Below are positions 30,963 through 39,300 of a stretch of 64,000 nt of DNA, piece by piece. Under the pieces are notes generated by a model. That model did not search any database. It was not told the DNA's origin and saw only the letters and a program-made list of their open reading frames with translations. The DNA lies in the NCBI GenBank assembly GCA_938006875.1, contig CALLMJ010000091.1, forward strand, positions 13,177-77,176. Reading direction: 5' to 3'. The stretch is from an uncultured Bacteroidia bacterium. Its GTDB lineage: Bacteria; Bacteroidota; Bacteroidia; J057; CALLMJ01. How positions within the stretch are numbered: position 1 is the stretch's first letter; each line of letters starts with the position of its first letter. A program made the translations under genes and the position numbers.

Positions 30963-31700
30963 GGTCATTGAGTAGGCACAGCCATACCGAAGGTCATTGA
31001 GTAGGCTTAGCCGTACCGAAATGACTTTGTTTCGGAGAAAAGCGGTCGTTTCGGTACGTTCGCTTCACTCACTACTCAACGAACGCATATATCTATGACC
31101 AGTCATTGAGTAGGCGTTGCCGTACCAAAGGTCATTGAGTAGGCGTTGCCGTACCGAAATGACCTTGTTTCGGAGAAAAGCGGTTGTTTCGGTACGTTCG
31201 ATACACTCACTACTCAACGACCGCATATATCTATGACCGGTCATTGAGTAGGCGTAGCCGTAACGAAGGTCATTGAGTAGGCGTTGCCATATCGAAGGTC
31301 ATTGAGTAGGCGTTGCCGTATCCAAATGACCTTGCTTCGGGGAAAAGCGGTCGTTTCGGTACGTTCGCTTCACTTTCTACTCAACGACCGCATATATCTA
31401 TGACCAATCATTGAGCAGGCGTAGCCGTACCGAAGGTCATTGAGTAGGCGTTGCCGTATCGAAATGACCTTGTTTCGGAGAAAAGCGGTTGTTTCGGTAC
31501 GTTCGCTTCACTCTCTACTCAACAACCGCATATATCTATGACCAGTCATTGATTAGGCGTAGCCGTACCGAAGGTCATTGAGTATGCGTTGCCGTATCGA
31601 AGGTCATTGAGTAGGCGTTGCCGTATCGAAATGACCTTGTTTCGGAGAAAAGCGGTCGTTTCGGTACGTTCGCTTCACTCTCTACTCAACAACCGCATGT
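30963..31700 (+). repeat. Higher-order tandem repeat array: 12 copies of a 29-nt direct repeat in five units (138, 138, 167, 138 and about 157 nt). Each unit is closed by an 80-nt tail carrying an inverted copy.
   Basis: Read directly from the sequence. Consensus sub-repeat: GGTCATTGAGTAGGCGTTGCCGTACCGAA. Sub-repeat starts: 30963, 30992, 31101, 31130, 31239, 31268, 31297, 31406, 31435, 31544, 31573, 31602. Tail: ATGACCTTGTTTCGGAGAAAAGCGGTCGTTTCGGTACGTTCGCTTCACTCACTACTCAACGACCGCATATATCTATGACC. No ORF of 60 aa or more in any frame. Confidence 0.95.
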
Positions 31701-31738
31701 ATTATTATAAAAAAAACCTATGAGAAGAATTTATTTTT

Positions 31739-31765
31739 TTGGGAAAAATTTTGGCTTTATTTTTG
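31739..31765 (+). promoter_or_regulatory. Candidate Bacteroidota-type promoter for the TlpA-like gene (TTG ... TATTTTTG)
   Basis: TATTTTTG at 31758-31765 matches the TAnnTTTG -7 consensus, 22 nt before the ATG. A TTG at 31739-31741 lies 16 nt upstream. Motif match only. Confidence 0.3.
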
Positions 31766-31787
31766 CTACTCAATCAAAAAAGTAAGA

Positions 31788-32300
31788 ATGAAAAAAAATA
31801 TTTTTATTGCAATCATTTTATTGGCATTTCAATGTGTTTTTGCTCAAAATAAAAGACCTCTACCTTCAGTTAATATTAAAACCCTTGATGGAAAGGCTTT
31901 TAATTCCAAAGAATTTGATAACAATGGAAAGCCTATAATTATTTCTTTTTGGGCTACTTGGTGTAAACCTTGTATTCAAGAACTCATTAATATTTCTGAA
32001 GTTTATGACGAGTGGCAAAAAGAAACTGGTGTAAAATTAATTGCTATTTGTATTGATGACGCCAGAAATATCGCAAAAGTTCCTAGTTTTGTTAAGGGAA
32101 AAGACTGGAAATATGAAGTCTATTTAGACGTAAATTCTGATTTTAAAAGGGAACTTGGAGTGAATAATGTTCCTCATACTTTTCTTTTAGATGGTAATAA
32201 AAACGTAGTCTGGGACCATAATTCTTACACCAACGGGGACGAAGAAAAATTATACGAATTAGTAAAAAAACTTTCTAACGGAGAAACCATTAAAGAATAA
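31788..32300 (+). CDS. TlpA/redoxin-family periplasmic thiol:disulfide oxidoreductase
   Basis: Signal peptide plus the thioredoxin-fold motif FWATWCKPC. Confidence 0.85.
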   Translation: MKKNIFIAIILLAFQCVFAQNKRPLPSVNIKTLDGKAFNSKEFDNNGKPIIISFWATWCKPCIQELINISEVYDEWQKETGVKLIAICIDDARNIAKVPSFVKGKDWKYEVYLDVNSDFKRELGVNNVPHTFLLDGNKNVVWDHNSYTNGDEEKLYELVKKLSNGETIKE

Positions 32301-32307
32301 AACAAAA

Positions 32308-33102
32308 ATGGAATTTTTTGAAGTCAATCATCAAGGGAAAGTAGCTATTATCTACTTTAATCGTCCTAATAAATTAAACGCAATGAACAAAATCTTCTGG
32401 GACGAACTTAATCCTTTAATTGAAGAGTATGAAGCCCGAAAAGACATCAAAGTAATTCTTTGGGCTGCAAAAGGCAAAGGGTTTAGTGCAGGTTTGGATT
32501 TAATGGAATTTTTTTCTCATTATCAATCAGTTTTGTTTTCTGGTGATTCAAAAAAATTAGAAAATTTAATTAAAGAATTACAAAAACCTTTCATTCAAAT
32601 AGCCAATAGTTCAAAAGTACATATTGCGGCTATTCATGGTGCTTGCGTTGGAGGAGGATTAGATTTTATTTCTGCTTGTGATTTACGTTTTGCTTCAAAA
32701 GATGCCTTTTTTTCTTTGAGGGAAACTAAAATGGCTATTGTTGCCGACTTAGGTTCTTTGAATCGTTTACCACAAATTATTGGTTATAACCATACTCAAC
32801 ACATGGCTTATACGGGTGATGATTTTTCGGCTGAAAAAGTGTATTCATGGGGACTAGTTTCTGAAGTATTTGAAAATCAAGAAATTTTATTACAAGAAAC
32901 TTTAAAAATTGCTGAAAAAATTGCCGAGAATTCTAGTATCGTCCTTAAAGGTGTAAAAAAATTATTGAATTATCAATGGAATAAAACTCCTGAAGAAGGT
33001 CTTGATTACATTGCTCAATGGAATAGTAAAAATTTATTGAATTCAGATTTCTTAGAATTAACTACAGCTTTAGCAGAAAAAAGGAAACCCAATTTTAGTT
33101 GA
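32308..33102 (+). CDS. Enoyl-CoA hydratase/isomerase (crotonase) family protein
   Basis: Crotonase fold motifs FNRPNKLNAM, GFSAGLDL and IHGACVGGGLDFISACD. Confidence 0.85.
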   Translation: MEFFEVNHQGKVAIIYFNRPNKLNAMNKIFWDELNPLIEEYEARKDIKVILWAAKGKGFSAGLDLMEFFSHYQSVLFSGDSKKLENLIKELQKPFIQIANSSKVHIAAIHGACVGGGLDFISACDLRFASKDAFFSLRETKMAIVADLGSLNRLPQIIGYNHTQHMAYTGDDFSAEKVYSWGLVSEVFENQEILLQETLKIAEKIAENSSIVLKGVKKLLNYQWNKTPEEGLDYIAQWNSKNLLNSDFLELTTALAEKRKPNFS

Positions 33103-33130
33103 TTTTCATATTAAAATTAAGAGATTTTTA

Positions 33131-33213
33131 GTTTTCCGAAGCTATAGATAAGCCCACTTCGGAAAACTCAGTGTAAAGGTAGCAACGCAAACCATAAGAA
33201 AGCAAGTCCATGC
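33131..33213. repeat. GC-rich intergenic hairpin element, copy A
   Basis: Perfect 10-bp hairpin TTTTCCGAAG (33132-33141) / CTTCGGAAAA (33157-33166). The 27-nt core AGCCCACTTCGGAAAACTCAGTGTAAA (33151-33177) recurs at 36184-36210 with one difference. Confidence 0.7.
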
Positions 33214-33301
33214 TAAAATAAAAACTTCTAAATTTTTCACAACAAATTGCTTTTTAGTTTTGTTTTTGAAGAAATATATTGTTAATTTTGAAAATTGGTT
33301 T

Positions 33302-33964
33302 ATGATTTTAAGACTATTTTTTCTCCTTTGTTTGTTTTTAACACAAAAATTGGTGAGTCAGAATAAAGGAAATCCTTGTTTAATTCAGCCAGGGTATGTA
33401 GTAAAAATCATGCCATTTAGTATTGTGGATAGTTGGGGATTGCCTTCTTTAAGAATTGCTAACGAAATTCGTTTGTTTCCCGGTTGGAATTATGAATTGG
33501 ATTTAGGGTATTATCTCCCTGAAGATGCACCAAGACACGAAAAAATTAAAGGAATTTATTTAAGTAATCAATTTCGGCATTACTTTTTTTTATATTCAGG
33601 ATTTATTGCTTTTCAAATTATTTACAAAAATCAAAGTTTTACTTTGAGAGATTCTGTTACCGTAGAAACGGGTGTTTCTTCCAATCCTTATTATAAATTT
33701 TATAGTCCGATTAATATTCAAAGAAGAGTTTTTGCAATAAATTGTGTAATTGGTAAACAAATATTTTTTGACCGTTTTATTTGGGAAATTTATGGCGGTA
33801 TAGGTTTAAGGATTAGAAATGTAAGCCATTTGTCTGAAAAAGTGGACGGTTTCTATGATTATATGGAATTTAAAACCACTCAACAAATGTATAATCCTAC
33901 AAAAAATGAGATACAACCGAATTTGGTTTTAGGTTTTAAATTCGGATATTGGTTATTTCGTTAA
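33302..33964 (+). CDS. Hypothetical exported protein (possible small outer-membrane barrel); start taken at the ATG at 33302 (the track start at 33260 is a TTG)
   Basis: MILRLFFLLCLFLTQKLVSQ signal peptide and alternating aromatic strands. No family is recognised. Confidence 0.55.
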   Translation: MILRLFFLLCLFLTQKLVSQNKGNPCLIQPGYVVKIMPFSIVDSWGLPSLRIANEIRLFPGWNYELDLGYYLPEDAPRHEKIKGIYLSNQFRHYFFLYSGFIAFQIIYKNQSFTLRDSVTVETGVSSNPYYKFYSPINIQRRVFAINCVIGKQIFFDRFIWEIYGGIGLRIRNVSHLSEKVDGFYDYMEFKTTQQMYNPTKNEIQPNLVLGFKFGYWLFR

Positions 33965-34017
33965 AAAATATTATATTGGGTTTTGTTTAATTACTAACAA
34001 AAAACTAATTTTGCTAT

Positions 34018-34824
34018 ATGAATAAACTTATAAAAGCTATTCAAAACAAAAATTCTTATTTGTGTGTGGGTTTAGATGCTTCACCTATTTATTGGTCTCA
34101 AGACATACCTTCAAATGTTCAAGGGTTAGAATATTTTTGTAAGTCTATTATTGAAGCAACCCAAGATTATACGATTGCTTATAAATTAAATTTGGCTTTT
34201 TTTGAAGTTTGGGGACACGAAGGATTAGAAACGATGAACAGAATTTTAGAATTTATTCCTCATGATATTTTCACTGTTGCAGATGCAAAAAGAAGTGATA
34301 TTGGTCACTCTGCAAGTTTTTACGCAAAAACTTTTTTTGAAACTTATAATTTTGATTCTATTACTGTGAATCCTTATATGGGCAAGGATAGTATAGAACC
34401 TTTTTTAGAGTATAAAGATAAAATAACTTTTTTGTTAGGTTTAACTTCAAATGAAGGCGCAGAAGATTTTCAGTTAATGGGTGACCCTCCTTTTTATGAA
34501 CAAGTTATTAGAAAATCTATGTTATGGAATATTCATAATAATATAGGTTTTGTGATGGGTGCTACACGCCCAAATGCAATCCAAACACTCAGGAACATTT
34601 ATCCTAAAGCACCGTTACTAATACCCGGTATTGGTGCACAATCCGGTGATTTAGCCAAAACTATTCAAAATGCTTATTACAAAGATACTCCTATGTTAAT
34701 CACCATCAGTAGAGCTATACTTTATGCTGATACTTCCAAAAATTTCCTTCAAAAAGCCAAAGAAAAAGCTCTAAATTATTATCAAGAGATTTCCCAAATT
34801 CTTCATGAACTTTCTCTTTCTTAA
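34018..34824 (+). CDS. pyrF: Orotidine-5'-phosphate decarboxylase (type 2)
   Basis: LCVGLD, KLNLAFFE and ADAKRSDIGHSA motifs of long-form PyrF. Confidence 0.9.
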   Translation: MNKLIKAIQNKNSYLCVGLDASPIYWSQDIPSNVQGLEYFCKSIIEATQDYTIAYKLNLAFFEVWGHEGLETMNRILEFIPHDIFTVADAKRSDIGHSASFYAKTFFETYNFDSITVNPYMGKDSIEPFLEYKDKITFLLGLTSNEGAEDFQLMGDPPFYEQVIRKSMLWNIHNNIGFVMGATRPNAIQTLRNIYPKAPLLIPGIGAQSGDLAKTIQNAYYKDTPMLITISRAILYADTSKNFLQKAKEKALNYYQEISQILHELSLS

Positions 34825-36001
34825 CCGTTTTTTTGCTATCATCATTTTGATTGGAGTGGTGATTGTTCTCGGAACATTGTATTATTCCAATAGTTTGGTA
34901 AGTACCTTAGCAAAGGAAGAAGAAAATCGTATTCGTTTGTATGCAGAAGTTTTAAAATATATTGCTAATTCCGAAAATACTGAAACCGATTTTTTGTTCA
35001 ATCATATCATAAAAATTGATACCAATAAAATTCCTGTTATCAATGTACCAGCTATCATTGTAAACGAAAAAGGAGAACCCATAGGAGATAATTTGAATCT
35101 GCCCAACAATTTAACTTATGAACAAAAAAAAGACCGTATTTTAAAAGAACTAGATTACATGAAATCCTTTGGTTTTGAGCCTATTCCGATTGAATACGTG
35201 AAAGAAAAATTTAATTACATTTATTACCGTGAATCCGATAACCTTATTAGATTGAGAAATTATCCTTATGTAACCTTTTCATTATTATTGGTTTTTGTAT
35301 TGATACTTTTTGTTTTATTTTATATTGCTAAAAGAAATGAACAAAATCAAGTTTGGGCTGGATTAGCCAAAGAAACCGCTCATCAGTTGGGAACTCCTAT
35401 TTCTGGTTTAATTGCTTGGATTGAACTTCTAAAACTTAATGAAAATGAAGACGTTAAAGTAGCTGTTGAAGAAATGGAAAAAGATGTGAATAGATTAGTA
35501 AAAGTTTCTGAACGATTTTCAAAAATTGGTTCTACTCCCGAACTTACTCTTCAACCGATCCTTCCTACTTTAAACCAACTTGTAGAATACATGCAAACCC
35601 GTTTTCATAATAATGGAAAAATTTTTATTCAATTAATTCCTGAAATTTCAGAGGATTTATCTTTACCCTACAATAAAATTTTATTAGAATGGGTATTGGA
35701 AAACCTAATCAAAAACGCTATAGATGCTTTTGAAAAAGGTACTGGAAAAATTCTCATTCATATTCATCTACAAAATCACCAATTATTCATTGATGTAACA
35801 GATAACGGTAAAGGTATAGAACCTAAGCATGTCAAATATGTATTTAAACCGGGTTTTTCTACTAAAAAAAGAGGTTGGGGACTGGGTTTAAGTTTGGCAA
35901 AAAGAATTATAGAATTTTATCACAAAGGAAAAATTTTCGTTTTACATTCTGAAATAGGAAAAGGAACTACATTCAGGATTGTTTTAAACGTATTGACATA
36001 G
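34805..36001 (+). CDS. Membrane sensor histidine kinase (no response regulator adjacent)
   Basis: Two TM segments. H-box ETAHQLGTPISGL, N-box ENLIKNAIDAF, G1 DNGKGI, G2 GWGLGLSLAKRI. Overlaps pyrF by 20 nt. Confidence 0.85.
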   Translation: MNFLFLNRFFAIIILIGVVIVLGTLYYSNSLVSTLAKEEENRIRLYAEVLKYIANSENTETDFLFNHIIKIDTNKIPVINVPAIIVNEKGEPIGDNLNLPNNLTYEQKKDRILKELDYMKSFGFEPIPIEYVKEKFNYIYYRESDNLIRLRNYPYVTFSLLLVFVLILFVLFYIAKRNEQNQVWAGLAKETAHQLGTPISGLIAWIELLKLNENEDVKVAVEEMEKDVNRLVKVSERFSKIGSTPELTLQPILPTLNQLVEYMQTRFHNNGKIFIQLIPEISEDLSLPYNKILLEWVLENLIKNAIDAFEKGTGKILIHIHLQNHQLFIDVTDNGKGIEPKHVKYVFKPGFSTKKRGWGLGLSLAKRIIEFYHKGKIFVLHSEIGKGTTFRIVLNVLT

Positions 36002-36040
36002 CTGTTGTGAAAAGTGAATTATGTAAAGTCAAACTAAACT

Positions 36041-36247
36041 TGTGGTGTGATTGAGGAATCCGAAGGGCACAATTCGATACTCATTGACTACGAATTGGCA
36101 CTGCCTTTTGATGCTGAGTTTACCGAAGCAGAAAAAGGATTGTGAAATTATTGAGTTTACCGAAATGCCGAAGAGAACTGCGAAGCCCACTTCGGTAAAC
36201 TCAGTGTAAACATCAGCCCGACCCGCAGCGTAGCAAGAGGAAAGCCC
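36041..36247. repeat. GC-rich intergenic hairpin element, copy B (long form)
   Basis: Perfect 15-bp stem CTGAGTTTACCGAAG (36114-36128) / CTTCGGTAAACTCAG (36190-36204). A second forward arm TGAGTTTACCGAAA sits at 36152-36165 inside the loop. The core AGCCCACTTCGGTAAACTCAGTGTAAA lies at 36184-36210. The 5' part TCATTGACTA...GGCACTGCC...TACCGAA resembles the 29-nt sub-repeat of the 31-kb array. Confidence 0.75.
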
Positions 36248-36356
36248 CAATCATCATCGTTTTTAATCCATAAAATTTTATCAAACTCTAAAAAATCAAC
36301 GAAAAATTTCTATTACTGATTAAAATTTTTCTATAAATTGCAAACGTTTTGGATAT

Positions 36357-39300
36357 ATGAAAAAAACATTATTCTGGTTATTGTACTTCATTCCATTTTT
36401 TAACTTTGCTCAAGTTACGGACGATTTTTCTGATGGGGATTTTACCAATAATCCTACATGGATAGGTGATGTTTCAGAATTTATTGTGAATGGTAATTTT
36501 CAATTACAATCCAATGGACCGGCTGCAAGTGCTACTCTATATTTATCCACTTCTTCTACTTATGCAAACAACTGTGAATGGCGTTTTTGGGTTCGTTGTG
36601 CTTTTAATCCTTCTACTACCAACCTTGCTCGTATTTATTTAATTTCTGACCAAGCTAATTTAGAAGGCTCTTTAAATGGTTATTATATCCAAATTGGTGG
36701 TATCACTGGCAATGCAGATGCTATAGATTTATTTAGACAAGATGGTAATACCCGAACTAAAATTATTAGTGGAATTCCAGGAAATGCAGGTGCAAATGAT
36801 AATATTTTGGGTATTCGCGTTATACGTGATGCTTCTGGTAATTGGTCAGTTTATTCGGATATTACAGGAGGCACCAATTACCAATTAGAAGGTAATGCTA
36901 CTGATAATACCTATTCTACCTCCGCTTTTATGGGAATTGTTTGTGTACATACCGCTACACGTAACACTTCGTTTTATTACGATGATTTTTATGCGGGTCC
37001 AATCATTGTGGATACAACTCCCCCTTCCGTAAATGCACTAAATGTAATAGACGCAAACACTTTAAGAGTAATTTTTTCGGAAGGTGTTACTCCTGTAACT
37101 GCTCAAAATGTTTCTAATTATTCAGCGAATAACGGTCTGGGAAATCCCGCTTCAGCAAATTTAATCAATGCAACTACCGTTGAATTAGTATTTTCTAATA
37201 GCTTTGTAGACGGTTTACAAAATACATTAACCGTTCAAAATATTTCAGATTATGCAAGTAATCTCATGCCAAGCCCTCAAAATATTGATTTTACTTACTT
37301 TGCACCAGCGGTAGCAGTAGAATATGATGTGGTTTTCAATGAACTAATGGCTGACCCTGACCCGCAAGTAGCTTTACCCAACCAAGAATTTATAGAAATT
37401 TATAATCGTTCTAACAAAAATTTGAATTTACAAAATTGGACTTTATCAGATTTAAGTTCTACGGTTACTTTGCCTAATTATATCCTTGCACCTAATTCAT
37501 ACTTGATTTTATGTGCTAATGCACATGTATCTTTGTTTTCAGGTTATGGACCCACTTTGGGTTTATCCTCATTACCTTCTTTGAATAATTCATCCGATGT
37601 TTTTACCTTAAAAAATCAAAATGGCGATGTGATTGATGTAGTAGCTTATTTTGATTCTTGGTATAAAGACCCTATCAAGAAAAATGGTGGTTGGACATTA
37701 GAAAGAATAAGTTACGATAATTTTTGTAGAGATTCTGCGAATTGGGCAGCTTCTGTCAATCTCAATGGAGGTACTCCTGGAGTCCAAAATTCTATTTTCA
37801 ATCAATTTACTGATATTTTACCACCACAACTGGTTTCCGTTTCCCTTCAAGACCCTCAAACTATCGTATTAAATCTGAATGAATCCATTGACAGTGTAGA
37901 TGCTCTCAACTTCAATAAATATCTGGTAAATAATGGTATAGGTAACCCTCAATCTGTTCAAATTACCAATAAACTTAAAACCCTTATTTTAACTTTTGCG
38001 AATGCTTTACAACCCTCTGTTATTTATGAACTTACTGTTACGAATTTAAAAGACTGTATCGGAAATGTAAATAACAGTTTAACAGTAAATTTAGGTATTC
38101 CAGAACCAGCAAATCCCAATGATGTTGTAATCAATGAATTCATGGCTGACCCTGACCCCGTCATTGGTTTACCCAACCAAGAATTCGTAGAATTATTTAA
38201 TGCTTCTAATAAAATAATTGATTTAGGTGGGTGGAAATTTGCAGATGCTTCTACGCAAGTAACTCTAAATTCTTTTCTGCTTTTGCCTAATTCATACGTA
38301 ATTTTAACTTCCACAGCAAATGCAAATTTATTTATTTCTTATGGAAATGTTTTAGGTGTAGGCAGCTTACCTTCCTTAAATAACACGTCAGATGATTTGT
38401 ATTTGTATGACAATAATGATGTTCTCATTTCTACTGTCAGTTATAAAGATAGTTGGTACAGAGATCCTTTGAAAAAAAATGGAGGTTGGACTTTAGAAAG
38501 AGTTAGCCCTTTTATTACTTGTAATGACTCTGCAAATTGGAGAGTTTCGGAAAATCCTCAAGGTGGTACTCCTGGTGCTCAAAATTCTATTTTTAATCAG
38601 TTTACTGATATATTACCTCCTCAACCTTTAGGAATTACTGTTATTAATCCTAACATTATCCAATTGAATCTTAATGAATCGGTAGATATTGCTGATGCTT
38701 CCAATCCTAATAAATATGTGATTAACAACGGTATAGGCATAGCTCAAAGTGTGAACATTTTAAATAATGGAACTACATTAGAATTAATTTTTTCGAATAC
38801 ATTACAGCCAAATGTGCTTTATGAGCTTGTTGTCAATAATTTACGTGATTGTATTGGGAATATCAATAATTACTTTACGATGATTTTAGGTATTCCAGAA
38901 CCTGCAAATCCCAATGATGTTGTAATCAATGAATTCATGGCTGACCCTGACCCCGTCATTGGTTTACCTAACCAAGAATTCGTAGAATTATTTAATGCTT
39001 CTAATAAAATAATTGATTTAGGAGGGTGGCGTTTCACTGATGGTTCTTCAAACGTGAATTTACCTTCTTATTTGCTTATGCCCAATACTTATGTACTCTT
39101 GACTTCAACGTCTAACGTAAATTTATTTACTCCTTATGGAAATGTTCTTGGTGTGGGCAGTTTGCCTTCATTAAATAACTCAGGTGATGATTTAGCTTTG
39201 TATGATGCGAATGACAACTTAATCTCACAAGTAAAATATCGTGATTCTTGGTATCAAGATAACATAAAAAAAGCCGGTGGTTGGACGTTAGAACGTGTAA

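Noticed and set aside
30963-31700. CRISPR array interpretation of the 29-nt repeats
   Set aside because: The 29-mers abut each other directly with no unique spacers between them. The only intervening sequence is itself a conserved repeated 80-nt tail. No cas genes or leader-like region are present in the window.
36231-36247. GAGGAAAGCCCC (and AGAAAGCAAGTCC at 33197-33209) resembling the RNase P RNA CR-I motif GAGGAAAGUCCGGGC
   Set aside because: The match stops after GAGGAAAG. None of the other conserved RNase P regions is present in the surrounding 350 nt, and the segment belongs to a dispersed repeat.
36029-36250. 73-aa minus-strand ORF listed in the track
   Set aside because: It lies entirely within the GC-rich hairpin repeat element, so its openness is explained by the locally higher G+C. 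The predicted peptide has no recognisable features, and the same core sequence at 33.1 kb is not in an ORF.
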